From a virus: 64,000 bases of DNA. Shown piece by piece: positions 1-10,803 of this stretch. The notes below the pieces were generated by a model. That model was not told where the DNA came from, did no database searches, and worked only from the letters and a program-made list of their open reading frames with translations. Both the position numbers and the translations under genes were made by a program. The stretch is taken from the IMG/VR virus record IMGVR_UViG_3300021959_008125, positions 21,866 through 85,865 of that record. The stretch is one strand, 5' to 3'. Position 1 is the stretch's first letter. Every line of letters begins with the position of its first letter.

Positions 1-553
1 GCATGTATCAGAGTTATTTAAAGATATATTACAAACAGAAAATATAGAAAACCTTATTTCTAAAGTTCCATTCGACATAGACGAAACAGATAAAACAAAC
101 CACGGTCCTCCTGGGTTTAAACCAGGATATTTTAACGCAGATCTACCATATAACCCAGTTCATTACACGAATACTTTTATAAGTACAGTTATGTGTGCCT
201 TTCCGTTTGTAGAAAACGCATGTCATCTGCACGATTCAACTTATAATCCTATATACTGCGGTCATCCTGTTATTCAATTTGGACCCTACAGACATTTACA
301 AAAGTTAAAAGAACTAGGATTTAAAACTTTCGATCGATGGTGGGATGAAAGTTATGATAATATTGAAGACGGATGGGAAAGATTAAATGCTGTATTCGAT
401 ATTATAAAACAGATTTCTAAACTCTCTAATAAAGATTTATTAAAAATGAATAGAGAAATGAAAGATATACTCATTCATAACTCAGAGTTAATAAACAATT
501 TTGACGTAGAAAAACACCTTGTAAAACGAATTTTTGATGAAACAGTTTTATAG
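1..553 (+). CDS. Putative glycosyltransferase-like phage protein, 5' truncated
   Basis: The frame of ORF 191..553 is open back to base 2. Motif HPVIQFG...LKELGFKTFDRWWDESYD is typical of phage glycan-cluster proteins. Confidence 0.55.
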   Translation, partial: HVSELFKDILQTENIENLISKVPFDIDETDKTNHGPPGFKPGYFNADLPYNPVHYTNTFISTVMCAFPFVENACHLHDSTYNPIYCGHPVIQFGPYRHLQKLKELGFKTFDRWWDESYDNIEDGWERLNAVFDIIKQISKLSNKDLLKMNREMKDILIHNSELINNFDVEKHLVKRIFDETVL

Positions 554-953
554 AAACTACACCATTATTAACTTTTTTAAAAAACCAATTTTAGAAAAGT
601 ACGAAAACATTAAAGTACATAATAATGCTAATGAAAATACTCTATTTGAAATTAAAAACTATGAAATAGACAATCACTTTTTATACAAAGGACATATACT
701 TTTGTTTGGAAAGTTGATTTATCCTATAGAAGATATACTAAAACATTCGTTATCGAGATTTAATTTATATGCCAACCACAGTTCATTGAACACAGTAAAT
801 CATTCTACAGTAGATCGTTCTGTAGTATACTGCAGTTCTTGGGTGCTTCCATTTATTTTTCATAATATGGAAAGTAATAAATCTCTATACGAAGCTTGTA
901 TAAGACATAGAATACAGGTAGAAACATTTGATAAAATTTCTATACTATTATGA
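534..953 (+). CDS. Hypothetical protein
   Basis: 139 aa ORF overlapping both neighbours in the operon. Confidence 0.6.
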   Translation: MMKQFYRNYTIINFFKKPILEKYENIKVHNNANENTLFEIKNYEIDNHFLYKGHILLFGKLIYPIEDILKHSLSRFNLYANHSSLNTVNHSTVDRSVVYCSSWVLPFIFHNMESNKSLYEACIRHRIQVETFDKISILL

Positions 954-1750
954 GAATAGCAGTACTATTAAGCGGTCAAGTAAGAGATTGGATGGTCTGT
1001 AGAGATAACCAAAAGTTCTTTTGGACTTCCTGTACCCAAAAAGACCCTCAAGTAGACTACTTTATACATACATGGGATTATAGTCAAGATAGAACAGGAG
1101 TTACAAAACCTTATCAAAACAGAAATATATCTGAACAAGAATTTGAAGAAATTTTAGATTTTTACCAACCAAAAAAGTATATTATAGAGAGCAAACCTAG
1201 TAAAGATGTATTTTATGATGACCACTGGTGTAACTTATTTTATAGTTTCGTTAAGTCTTTACAGTTTAAAAGAGAGTATGAATTAGAAAATAATTTTAAA
1301 TACGATGTAGTTGTTAAATCGAGATTCGATTTAGCTTTCGATCCAAGATACCATTTCAGGATACCGGTACTTTTTAACAATTGCCTCTATACTACCCACG
1401 GAGGTCCTATGGAAATGGAATGCGGTATGTTTAATTTTAACGACTGTGTATTTCTAGGCAATTCTTATTCTATGGATTTACTTATTAACATCTACCATTA
1501 TCGTCAGTTTCTTATAAGAACATTTGAACAAAAAGATTCTCTAACAGATAATCGAAACAGGCCCGGTCACCCATACGGTCCTGGTACTTTAATGCATGAA
1601 TACTTCAGAGATTATGGAATAACACCTATGTTTAATATGGGTTGGCAAGAAACTATAATTAAAGCAGGTCATCCAGAAGGACTTAATTTATTTAAACCTG
1701 AGGAGTTTGATATTATGGAAAAGTATTTTAGAGACTGGTATCTTAATTAA
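950..1750 (+). CDS. Putative glycosyltransferase-like protein (IAxxxSGQxR family)
   Basis: N-terminal RIAVLLSGQVR, DYFIHTWD, YDVVVKSRFD; paralogs at 8230, 16998 and 40025. Confidence 0.55.
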   Translation: MRIAVLLSGQVRDWMVCRDNQKFFWTSCTQKDPQVDYFIHTWDYSQDRTGVTKPYQNRNISEQEFEEILDFYQPKKYIIESKPSKDVFYDDHWCNLFYSFVKSLQFKREYELENNFKYDVVVKSRFDLAFDPRYHFRIPVLFNNCLYTTHGGPMEMECGMFNFNDCVFLGNSYSMDLLINIYHYRQFLIRTFEQKDSLTDNRNRPGHPYGPGTLMHEYFRDYGITPMFNMGWQETIIKAGHPEGLNLFKPEEFDIMEKYFRDWYLN

Positions 1751-1751
1751 T

Positions 1752-2687
1752 ATGAAAAAAAAGATTGCTTTTTACTGCTGTACTAATGGATTAGGGCATT
1801 TTAAACGAGTTAATGAAATAGCAAAATATTTAACTGACCTGTTTAAAATTACCATCTATTGTAACCAAGTACAGGCAGAAAAAATTGGGAAGCTTGATAC
1901 CGTAGAGTATATTTTTTACTCTCAAGACAATATAAAATGGAATTTAGTTACTCAAGGCCATGGAAAAAAAGCAATAGATACCTATTTTAACTGGCTACAG
2001 CAATACGGTCCAACAGTTAAACAGTATGATATAGTAGTTTCGGATAATTTAGTAGGATTATGTGATTATGGAAATGTACTTCTAATGGGTTCATTTTTTT
2101 GGAAAGACGTTTTTAATTCATATATAGGTGAAAACCTACTCAGTAAAGTTGATGAACGAATACTTTCTGAGAAACAACCTGTAATTTGTACAAATAAGTA
2201 TGTTGAAACACAATCAATTAAAGAATATCCATTTAAATTTCAATCAGGATTTGGATGTGAACAGCAGCTTAAAGTAGCGAGTGAGACTAAACATACAATT
2301 ATACAGTATCCTAGTTTACCTTATTTAGAAAAGTATAATACATATCTAGATAAATTATTTAGTATACAGGAACTTGGATGTACGAAAAATTTATCGTATA
2401 TTTATGATACTCGTATAATCGCAAGACCTGGAGTTGGTACTATTACTCATTGTGTAGAATATAGAATTCCTTTAATTGCTTTGTACAGTAATAAAGATTC
2501 TGCAGAAATTATAGAACTAGCTCATATAGTTGAAGAATTAAAAATAGGGTACAAACAGAATATAGAGGAATCTTTAGATATGACTAAAATTAAGATGTTG
2601 AGATCAAATACAAATTTTTGTTATGTAGATCCACCTTTCGAACTAAACGGATACAGTAAAATTGCAAATTATATAAAAAAATTATGA
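1752..2687 (+). CDS. GT-B fold glycosyltransferase or nucleotide-sugar hydrolase (MurG/PseG-like)
   Basis: GLGHFKR N-terminal motif and ARPGVGTITHC...IPLI C-terminal motif. ATG at 1752 preferred over 1707. Confidence 0.65.
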   Translation: MKKKIAFYCCTNGLGHFKRVNEIAKYLTDLFKITIYCNQVQAEKIGKLDTVEYIFYSQDNIKWNLVTQGHGKKAIDTYFNWLQQYGPTVKQYDIVVSDNLVGLCDYGNVLLMGSFFWKDVFNSYIGENLLSKVDERILSEKQPVICTNKYVETQSIKEYPFKFQSGFGCEQQLKVASETKHTIIQYPSLPYLEKYNTYLDKLFSIQELGCTKNLSYIYDTRIIARPGVGTITHCVEYRIPLIALYSNKDSAEIIELAHIVEELKIGYKQNIEESLDMTKIKMLRSNTNFCYVDPPFELNGYSKIANYIKKL

Positions 2688-3454
2688 AAATAGGTATTAT
2701 AGGAAAAGGAGTCGTCGGCACGGCTATCAAAAAAGGTTTTGAGAAAATTAAACACGAAGTAAGTTATCATGATATTAAACATGATACTAAAATACAAGAT
2801 GTATTAAATACTGAAATTATTTATATCTGTGTTGGTACCCCATCGGATAACGAAGGTAATTGTAATATTTCTGCAGTTATTTCTGTGGTAAAAGAATTAA
2901 GTGAATTAGAATACAGAGGAATAGTAGCAATTAAATCTACTGTTAAACCAGGTACTACTTTAAAACTCAAAGAAAAACACCCAGAACTAACTTTATGTTT
3001 TGTACCTGAATTTTTAAGAGAAAGGTGTGCCTATGAAGACTTTGTGTATAATAATAGTGTTTTAGTGGTTGGTACAGATAATGTTGATGTTTATAAAAAG
3101 ATAGTTAAATCTCATGGTGTTTTACCTACACATAAGTTACAGTTATCTATACCTGAAGCAGAATTAATGAAGTATTTCTCTAATACGTATAAAGCGATGA
3201 GAATAACTTTTGCTAATTCTTTTTACAGGCTTGCTAAACATTTTGGTGCTAATTACGATGCAATTAAAGATGCTTTTTTATTCCATGCAGTAGAAGAAGG
3301 ACATTACTTAAGAGTTAATAAAGACTTTGGGTACGGGTATGGCGGAATGTGTTTACCTAAAGATACTAAAGCGATGAAAAAATTAGTAGAAGAGGAAGGA
3401 CTAGACTTAGGTATATTTAAGTTTATCGATGAAGAGAATGATAAATTTGTATGA
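2684..3454 (+). CDS. ugd: UDP-glucose/GDP-mannose dehydrogenase family, lacking the C-terminal domain
   Basis: GxGxxG (GKGVVG), ICVGTP, IKSTV, PEFLRE, GYGGMCLPKD. Confidence 0.9.
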   Translation: MKIGIIGKGVVGTAIKKGFEKIKHEVSYHDIKHDTKIQDVLNTEIIYICVGTPSDNEGNCNISAVISVVKELSELEYRGIVAIKSTVKPGTTLKLKEKHPELTLCFVPEFLRERCAYEDFVYNNSVLVVGTDNVDVYKKIVKSHGVLPTHKLQLSIPEAELMKYFSNTYKAMRITFANSFYRLAKHFGANYDAIKDAFLFHAVEEGHYLRVNKDFGYGYGGMCLPKDTKAMKKLVEEEGLDLGIFKFIDEENDKFV

Positions 3455-4308
3455 AAATAATTTCTGGAGAAGCTATTCAAGATTTATGTGGAGTAAGTAT
3501 AAGTAAGCAAGAACATAAACCTTTTGAGAGTAGTAATCAAATAGATTCTATAGATATAGATAATTTTGATTTTGAAAATTTTGACAACCCTTATAAAGTA
3601 TATGTAAACAGTTCTCTCATTAATCGAGTAAAGCCAAAGTTAATTGAATCGAAACTATATGAAAAACTTTCTAAGTTTCAAAACCCTTTCGACCTTATAC
3701 TACATAACTCAGATGACTCTTTTAATGATGCACATCTAAACTTTTTCAATTTACCTAAAGTTAAAAGAATATTTTCACAAAATGTCAACACTACTAATAG
3801 TAAGTTGATTCCTTTACCAATAGGTCTAGCAAACAGTTTTTGGAAGTGGGGCGATAAAGAGTACTTTAAAACAGAATTAAAAGAGCTTATTCCAAAAACT
3901 AAATTTATTCACTTTAACTTTACTGTTTATGATGGCGGGGTAAGAGATGAATATAGACCTCAATGTTATGAAGCTGCTATAAGTAAAGGGTTAGAAACTA
4001 CACCCAGCTTTGAATTTAAAGAATATGTAAAAGAGTTAAAAAAATACAAATACAGCTTAAGCCCTGAAGGTAATGGAATAGATTGTTATAGAATGTGGGA
4101 ATGTTTGTACCTTAAAGTTATACCTATATGCCATAGAAACATTTTAACTGAGTATTTTTCTAAGATTTTTCCTATAGTATTAGTAGACGATTGGAATGAT
4201 TTAGATATAAACTACTTAGAAGAAAATTATGAAAAACTTTCTAATTGGAAAAATTACTACTTGTTAGACTTAGATCTATATCTTAAACATATAAATTTTT
4301 ATGATTAA
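3451..4308 (+). CDS. Exostosin (GT47)-like glycosyltransferase
   Basis: YSLSPEGNGIDCYRMWECLYLKVIPI motif. Confidence 0.75.
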   Translation: MKIISGEAIQDLCGVSISKQEHKPFESSNQIDSIDIDNFDFENFDNPYKVYVNSSLINRVKPKLIESKLYEKLSKFQNPFDLILHNSDDSFNDAHLNFFNLPKVKRIFSQNVNTTNSKLIPLPIGLANSFWKWGDKEYFKTELKELIPKTKFIHFNFTVYDGGVRDEYRPQCYEAAISKGLETTPSFEFKEYVKELKKYKYSLSPEGNGIDCYRMWECLYLKVIPICHRNILTEYFSKIFPIVLVDDWNDLDINYLEENYEKLSNWKNYYLLDLDLYLKHINFYD

Positions 4309-4936
4309 CCATATTAATAAGTTTATTTTTTTACATATTCCTAAAACAGGAGGAATGTCTATTGGACAAACTCTATACAATTTGATGGGAGTAACTAAAA
4401 AATATGACGGATTTAGAATACATCATGATGAATTTAATGAAGATATATTTAGAGATTACTTTGTTTTTACTTTTGTCCGAAATCCCTGGGATAGGTTATA
4501 CTCCCAATATAAATTTAGACCTTTTCTTAAAGAACATAATTTTGAATACGCAGTTAATAATTTAGAAGATTTATTTGAACAAGAATTAGGCGGTATACCT
4601 GATAGTGCTAAGTACACTTTGAACACTCCTATTCAAACAGTATCAGATGGTTCCGGTGAATTCATACATTTAGCTAGTCAAGTAGAATTCCTTCAAGGAA
4701 AATTTAGTCAAAATGTTGATAGATTACCTTTTATAAATTTTATAGGTAGATTTGAAAATTTACAAGAAGATTTTAATTATGTGTGCAGTAAGATAGGAAT
4801 ACCACAAACACAGCTCTTACATATGAACAGAGGAAACTCAAGTACACCTTATAAAGATATTTATAATAAAGAGTTAGTAGAAAAAACCAGAAAAAAATTT
4901 TCTGACGATATAAGTTATTTTAATTATGAGTTTTGA
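4301..4936 (+). CDS. Sulfotransferase family 2
   Basis: FLHIPKTGGMS (5'-PSB), FVRNPWDRLYS (3'-PB), FIGRFENLQEDF. Confidence 0.9.
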   Translation: MINHINKFIFLHIPKTGGMSIGQTLYNLMGVTKKYDGFRIHHDEFNEDIFRDYFVFTFVRNPWDRLYSQYKFRPFLKEHNFEYAVNNLEDLFEQELGGIPDSAKYTLNTPIQTVSDGSGEFIHLASQVEFLQGKFSQNVDRLPFINFIGRFENLQEDFNYVCSKIGIPQTQLLHMNRGNSSTPYKDIYNKELVEKTRKKFSDDISYFNYEF

Positions 4937-5741
4937 TAATCTTTATTTTAATAAAGTACACTATTACTTTGATACTTTTTCTCACTTAGAAAATTTTGAT
5001 ATTATACCGTATCAAAAAGTCGTAGACCTGTATTTAAAGAATCATACTACGTTAAAAAAAAGTAACCAAAGTTTTGGTGAAAACGAACGTCCATTAAATT
5101 CTAAAGTAGATAAGTTAGACAGAAAAGGATTTTGGTTTGGTTTTGCCCCTATGTACTTTGAGGTTGATAAGTACGTTCAGACTAAAGCTGATGTAATATC
5201 TATGGATATGGTTGGAGTTGGAGAAACTTGGGATAATTTTATTTATTTAACTATTCCCGGAGAATTAATTAATAAGTTTATGAATAGTGTGCATGATAAT
5301 GAGGACTTGACCCTTGCTAAACAATTTATAGACGAGGTTGAGAAAAAGGACCCTAACTGGGAAACCGAATACTACCTAGAACTACAATCAGAATACGATA
5401 AAAGATATAATGAACATTCAGAATATACTGATTATTTTGAGACTCATAAGGTTCTGAAGTGGAGACAAGATATAAGCTTTGAACAATATCAGTCAATTAA
5501 ACAAAACGGACTTATATACCCAATCTGTTATAATAACTCAGAAGAAATCTTTGACAGAGGTACCCACCGCGCAGTTTTTCTAGCTAAAAGTAAAAGTGAT
5601 GTACCTGTTTTTATACAGTTCCCTATAGATAAACCTTTAAATATGCAAATACATACTCCACCTCACTTTAGAGGATCAAAATTATTAATTGATTTAGATA
5701 TACATAAAAAAAATATGGAGTTTAAATTTAAAGATAGTTAA
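4926..5741 (+). CDS. Hypothetical protein with weak ParB/Srx-like motif
   Basis: SIKQNGLIYPI...DRGTHR near the C-terminus. Confidence 0.5.
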   Translation: MSFDNLYFNKVHYYFDTFSHLENFDIIPYQKVVDLYLKNHTTLKKSNQSFGENERPLNSKVDKLDRKGFWFGFAPMYFEVDKYVQTKADVISMDMVGVGETWDNFIYLTIPGELINKFMNSVHDNEDLTLAKQFIDEVEKKDPNWETEYYLELQSEYDKRYNEHSEYTDYFETHKVLKWRQDISFEQYQSIKQNGLIYPICYNNSEEIFDRGTHRAVFLAKSKSDVPVFIQFPIDKPLNMQIHTPPHFRGSKLLIDLDIHKKNMEFKFKDS

Positions 5742-5742
5742 A

Positions 5743-6558
5743 ATGATACATATAATTACTTCCCACCATAATACTGAAGAGTTCATACTCCCTCAGATTC
5801 ATTTTTTAAAGCAAAATTTAAAACAAGAGTATAAAATATGGGCGTATTTTGACCCTGAGGATAAAAGTAAGATAAAAAAGTATAAAGACTATTTCTATTT
5901 TTTAGAGTATCCACCTTCTTTAATACAGATAATAAAACAAGGAGGTACAAGTAAAGATATAACATATAAAAACGAACCAGGTAGTTTAGATGCACATTAC
6001 TTAAAACTAGACCACCTTACAAGTAAAGTAATTACCGACGAAAATACAGATGATAATGATATTTTATTATTTTTAGACGGAGATTCTTTTCCTATCGCAC
6101 CTATCGACGATTTTATAGAAGAAAAGCTCAAAAGATATGAATTATGTGCTATTCAAAGATTAGAAAATGGATTTGATCTACAACCTCATGGTTCTTTTAC
6201 TTTGACTACTGTAAAGCTTTTCAAAAGAATTAAACCATCTTGGGCTCCTGGCTTTAGCTGGGTAAATGATTTTCTATCAGTAAGATCAGATGTAGGTGGT
6301 GAAATACTTCGTAAATTAATAGAACATAGAGTCGACTGGTTTCCATTAAGAAGATCTAACAAACAAAATATACACCCAGTCTGCTTTGGAGTTTACGATG
6401 ATCTTATTTATCACCACGGTGCAGGGTTTAGAGGTAAAATTGATGGATTTACTCTTAAACATAGACCTAACCAGAATACAGAAGAAATGTACGAGCAAGC
6501 AAGAATACTAGAAGATAGAATGAGTAAATTAGAAACTTTTTATGATGTATTACTATGA
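5743..6558 (+). CDS. GT-A fold glycosyltransferase
   Basis: LLFLDGDSFPI (DxD motif), YHHGAGFR. Confidence 0.7.
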   Translation: MIHIITSHHNTEEFILPQIHFLKQNLKQEYKIWAYFDPEDKSKIKKYKDYFYFLEYPPSLIQIIKQGGTSKDITYKNEPGSLDAHYLKLDHLTSKVITDENTDDNDILLFLDGDSFPIAPIDDFIEEKLKRYELCAIQRLENGFDLQPHGSFTLTTVKLFKRIKPSWAPGFSWVNDFLSVRSDVGGEILRKLIEHRVDWFPLRRSNKQNIHPVCFGVYDDLIYHHGAGFRGKIDGFTLKHRPNQNTEEMYEQARILEDRMSKLETFYDVLL

Positions 6559-7229
6559 AAAAATTAGCAGTTTTAATTCACGCTCGTAGAGAAAGCACAC
6601 GAGTACCTGACAAACATCTTAGACCTTTAGACTCGGCTGGATCATGTATGTTAGACATAGCTCTAAAAAATATAAGGGATTTAAAAAACGTCAACGAAAA
6701 ATGGTTAGCAGCATGGGATGCAGATATAAAAGACAGGTATATACCAGGAGTTTCGATATTACATAGAGAAAGAGCATCTGTCGCACCTGGCAACTGTCAC
6801 CACTCAATAATGTATAAACACTTAGAAGAAGTAAAATCGGATTATATATGTAATTATAATCCATGCCAACCTTTTTTGGATGTTAGCAAAGTTCAAGAAG
6901 TCATAGATTGGTTTATATCTAGTAACTATGAAAGTGCTATAACAGTAAAAAAAGTAAGAAACTTTTTCTGGTACGATAATCTTAAACCAATTAACTTTAA
7001 ACAAAAAGATAGATTATCAACTACTGCTGGTCCTTGGGTTTATGAAGCTACACATTCTTTAGTATTTTATAGAAAAGATTATATGTTGAACAATTGGGAA
7101 TTATTTTCTAATGCAGAAAACGATCCTCATCCGTATGTAATTGACTGGCCAGAAGAAGAGCTTGTGGATGTTGATACTGAGTTAGACTTTAAATTAGTAA
7201 AAACTTTATATAATGAAGTACATAATTGA
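6555..7229 (+). CDS. neuA: Acylneuraminate/nonulosonate cytidylyltransferase
   Basis: ARRESTRVPDK and DVDTELDF motifs. Confidence 0.85.
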   Translation: MKKLAVLIHARRESTRVPDKHLRPLDSAGSCMLDIALKNIRDLKNVNEKWLAAWDADIKDRYIPGVSILHRERASVAPGNCHHSIMYKHLEEVKSDYICNYNPCQPFLDVSKVQEVIDWFISSNYESAITVKKVRNFFWYDNLKPINFKQKDRLSTTAGPWVYEATHSLVFYRKDYMLNNWELFSNAENDPHPYVIDWPEEELVDVDTELDFKLVKTLYNEVHN

Positions 7230-7512
7230 TATAGACAATACAATTTGTAAAGAGGAGGGACCTGTTATAGATAGAAGACCATACCTAGATAGAATAGAAA
7301 AAATTAATCAACTCTATGATGACGGTCATATTATTATATTCTATACAGCAAGAGGAAATAAAAGCGGAAGAGGGGAAGCATATTATAGACCGATAACTGA
7401 AGCTCAATTAGAGAATTGGGGGTGTAAGTATCACCATTTATTCTTTAAGCCTTTTGATGGTGATATATTTATAGATGATAGGAGTATTCATCCAAATGAA
7501 TTTTTCAAGTAA
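7213..7512 (+). CDS. Small HAD phosphatase (capsule biosynthesis phosphatase-like)
   Basis: DIDNT, YTARG, KP and IDDR HAD motifs. Confidence 0.85.
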   Translation: MKYIIDIDNTICKEEGPVIDRRPYLDRIEKINQLYDDGHIIIFYTARGNKSGRGEAYYRPITEAQLENWGCKYHHLFFKPFDGDIFIDDRSIHPNEFFK

Positions 7513-8237
7513 TGAAACAGTTTTTTAATTTAGTTGTACCGATGGCCGGAAGAGGCTCAAGATTTACCGAACAAGGTTACACAGATTCAAAACCTTTTAT
7601 CGATGTAAATGGAAAACCAATGATTCAAAGAGTCATTGAGAACCTTAACTTTGAATTCAATCCAGATTTTAAGACTATAATTCTTTGTCAAAAATCAGAT
7701 TATGAAAGATATGATTTTTCTATCTTTAAAGAGATTATAGGACATAATAATATAGAAATTATTCAAGTCGACGGTATTACCGAAGGTGCAGCATGTACTT
7801 TGTTATTAGCAAAAGAATTCATTGATAGCGACGTTCCTATGTTATCATTTAACACTGATCAAATGATTGACTACGATGTTAACGGTACGTTCTTTAAAAT
7901 GCAAAATTTTGACGGAGGTATACCTTGCTTTAAAGGAGATAGCACAGACTGGTCTTATGCTAAGACAGATGAAGTGGGATATGTAACTGAAGTAGCAGAA
8001 AAGAAAGTCATTTCAAATGATGCTACCGCAGGATACTACTACTGGGCTAAAGGTTCTGATTTTGTTAAGTACGCAGAAGAAATGATTGCAGCTAACGATA
8101 GAGTAAATAATGAATTCTACGTAGCTCCAGTCTATAATTATGCAATTAAAGATGGTAAAAAGATCTGCATTACATATGTAGATAAGGTATACGAATTAGG
8201 TACACCTTACTATTTAAAGAAGTTTTTAAATGGATAA
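7512..8237 (+). CDS. Sugar-phosphate nucleotidyltransferase family
   Basis: VPMAGRGSRF...KPFI, TEGAACT, VAEKKVIS, NNEFYVAPVYN, LGTP. Confidence 0.85.
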   Translation: MKQFFNLVVPMAGRGSRFTEQGYTDSKPFIDVNGKPMIQRVIENLNFEFNPDFKTIILCQKSDYERYDFSIFKEIIGHNNIEIIQVDGITEGAACTLLLAKEFIDSDVPMLSFNTDQMIDYDVNGTFFKMQNFDGGIPCFKGDSTDWSYAKTDEVGYVTEVAEKKVISNDATAGYYYWAKGSDFVKYAEEMIAANDRVNNEFYVAPVYNYAIKDGKKICITYVDKVYELGTPYYLKKFLNG

Positions 8238-8883
8238 AAAAAGAGTTGCTATTTGCTTTTTTGGTCAGGTTAGAACTTTTAGAGTTTTAGATGAACTGTA
8301 TAAAACTTTGAGTAGTGATAAGTTTGATGTAGATTATTTTATAAGCACTTGGGATGATTTCAACGATAAATTTAAGTTTAATTTTTGCACAAAAAAAGAG
8401 TTCATCAAACCAGATATTATAAAATTTAAAAATAATACGGATAGAGCAGCATATACTCTTTTTAGAGTAAATAATTTAAAATCAAGATTTGAAATAGATA
8501 ATAACTTTATATACGACTGTGTGGTATGGACAAGATCAGAAATTCTTTTTAAAGAAGATAGTTTAATAAATTTATTAGAAGATAAAATTTTTAACTGTGA
8601 AGATTACGAAATCAATACTTTGAGTAGTATAAAAGTAAATAAACAGAAAATTCCACATCTTCCTTTAGACTATTTCTACTTAGGTTCATCATTAGCTTTT
8701 GATCTTTACTCTACTGGATGGAAATCTTACTTTAAAAGTAAAAAGAAACCCTATGTAGGTCAAACTTACGGTGGTCATACCTTCCATCCTCATTGTATTT
8801 TAAAAAATAACTTAAAATTGAATGAAGTAAATATTCCTAACAAGTTTTTATTTAATCAAACAAAACAGAGAGAGATAAAGTAA
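8230..8883 (+). CDS. Putative glycosyltransferase-like protein (paralog of 950..1750)
   Basis: RVAICFFGQVR, DYFISTWD, YDCVVWTRSE. Confidence 0.55.
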   Translation: MDKKRVAICFFGQVRTFRVLDELYKTLSSDKFDVDYFISTWDDFNDKFKFNFCTKKEFIKPDIIKFKNNTDRAAYTLFRVNNLKSRFEIDNNFIYDCVVWTRSEILFKEDSLINLLEDKIFNCEDYEINTLSSIKVNKQKIPHLPLDYFYLGSSLAFDLYSTGWKSYFKSKKKPYVGQTYGGHTFHPHCILKNNLKLNEVNIPNKFLFNQTKQREIK

Positions 8884-9818
8884 TGAAACCATTAACATAT
8901 ATAAATCTAGAAACTACTAATTACTGTAATTTAGATTGTTCTTTTTGTGATAGATCTAATGTTATTCACAGACTAGAACATATGTCTGTTGAAAGATTTA
9001 TTCACATAATGGAAAAACTTAAACATCATCCTTTAGATAGAGCAAAACTTATGGGTCTCGGCGAACCATACCTTAATCCTAAATTTGATGTATTATGTAG
9101 AATATTTAAAGAATATTTTCCTAAAACTACTCTCATTGTTGCCACTAATTGCCAGTACCCTATTAAAGAAGGGAGTAAGATGAGAGCTAGATTGCAAGAA
9201 ACAATGAAATATATAGATCTTTTATACTTAAGTATCGACGGTTATGAAGAAAGTTATGAAAGAGATAGATCACCAGCTAAATGGTCAAGGTTATTAGAAT
9301 TTTTAGATAATTTTAAAAATATAGATAAACATAAATGTAAGGTCACTTGTAATTATGTAGTTAACCCTCATAATATTAACGACATACAGACTTTGTACGA
9401 TAATATAATAGTACCTAACAATATAGAAGAATTAAGATTAAATATAGCTCAAGAGTGGGCAGAAGATAAAACTATGGTCGGGGGATACACGAAAGAACAG
9501 CTATCTTATCTTAAAGAAAATTGGTCGGAAAATATTAAAGGGATCCCCTACTGGGATTACGATCAATGTGTTTGGGTAAGAGAGTCTTCTTATATTACTG
9601 TAGACGGCGGGGTAGAAATGTGCTGTATGAATTCCTCTGTGAAAAAATTTGGCAATATACTCGATGATGATATTGATAATATAAGACAGTCGGAAAGATT
9701 CCAAGCAGTTAAAAAAGGATGTGATACTAACAACCCTACTTCACACTGTGTTAACTGTAGTTATAAAGAACTAAATAAAACTCTTAATTATTTAATAGGA
9801 GATGAAAAAACACCTTAA
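8883..9818 (+). CDS. Radical SAM / SPASM-twitch domain protein
   Basis: CNLDCSFC (CX3CX2C), GLGEP, SIDG, C-terminal C...DGGVEMCC...FGNI...CVNC. Confidence 0.9.
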   Translation: MKPLTYINLETTNYCNLDCSFCDRSNVIHRLEHMSVERFIHIMEKLKHHPLDRAKLMGLGEPYLNPKFDVLCRIFKEYFPKTTLIVATNCQYPIKEGSKMRARLQETMKYIDLLYLSIDGYEESYERDRSPAKWSRLLEFLDNFKNIDKHKCKVTCNYVVNPHNINDIQTLYDNIIVPNNIEELRLNIAQEWAEDKTMVGGYTKEQLSYLKENWSENIKGIPYWDYDQCVWVRESSYITVDGGVEMCCMNSSVKKFGNILDDDIDNIRQSERFQAVKKGCDTNNPTSHCVNCSYKELNKTLNYLIGDEKTP

Positions 9819-10803
9819 TAGTATTTATAGAAAGACTAACCAAGAAGATAAATCTAAATATGAGTACGTCCTTACTCAAAATGAGAGAAATCATTCTATA
9901 GATTCGGATTTGTTAAATAAGTTTTTTAACTCCCTTAATCAAAAAGACATATGTTTTTATCCAAACACAGAAAACCTCAAAAGTAAAATAAGCAAATATT
10001 TTAATATTGGGCAAAGTAATTTACTTCTTACACCCGGTTCTTCTTTCTCTATAAAGACTATTTTTGAAACATTTGACGTAAAAGATAAAAACGTAATTAC
10101 ATCAGACTACTTTTTTCCTATGTATCAAGTTTACAGTGATTTATATCAGTGTACTCTTAAAAAAGCTAAATATTGTGGAATGAAGCTTCGTACAACAGAT
10201 TTGATTAATTTGATTGATAGAAATACTAAGTTTATTATTTTAGCTAATCCAAATTCTCCATTAGGAGATACCTACAATCTTACCGATATTTTAGAACTTT
10301 TAAATACCGGTATTTATGTTGTAATAGATGAAGCCTATATTGAATTTACAGATCAACCGTCTGTTGTTTCTTTAGTAGATAAACACAAAAACCTAATAGT
10401 CACAAAAACTTTTTCTAAGGCTTACGGAGCAGCAGGCTGTAGAACTGGTTTTTTAGTAAGCTGTGAAGAAAATATAGAAATACTTTCCAAATTCAGGTTG
10501 ATGTATGAAATAAATTCCATAGGCGTAAAGTATACTGAATTTATTTTAGATAATATAGATTATTTTAATTCGTATATAGAAGAAACTAAAGACAATAAAA
10601 AATTTTTAGTAAATAAACTTAAAAGTAAAGATTTTGAAATTATAGATACTGATGCAAGCTGGTTCTTTTTAAAACGGTATGGCAATATAGATAATCTTAA
10701 GTACTTTAACGACTTAGGTATCAGCCTAAGAACACTTATATTACCTAACGGTCACGAATATATAAAATTTAACTATGATTTAAAGTTAAAAAATCTGTTT
10801 TGA
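9802..10803 (+). CDS. PLP-dependent aminotransferase class I/II (HisC-like)
   Basis: NPNSPLG, DEAY, KTFSKAYGAAGCRTG. Confidence 0.9.
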   Translation: MKKHLNSIYRKTNQEDKSKYEYVLTQNERNHSIDSDLLNKFFNSLNQKDICFYPNTENLKSKISKYFNIGQSNLLLTPGSSFSIKTIFETFDVKDKNVITSDYFFPMYQVYSDLYQCTLKKAKYCGMKLRTTDLINLIDRNTKFIILANPNSPLGDTYNLTDILELLNTGIYVVIDEAYIEFTDQPSVVSLVDKHKNLIVTKTFSKAYGAAGCRTGFLVSCEENIEILSKFRLMYEINSIGVKYTEFILDNIDYFNSYIEETKDNKKFLVNKLKSKDFEIIDTDASWFFLKRYGNIDNLKYFNDLGISLRTLILPNGHEYIKFNYDLKLKNLF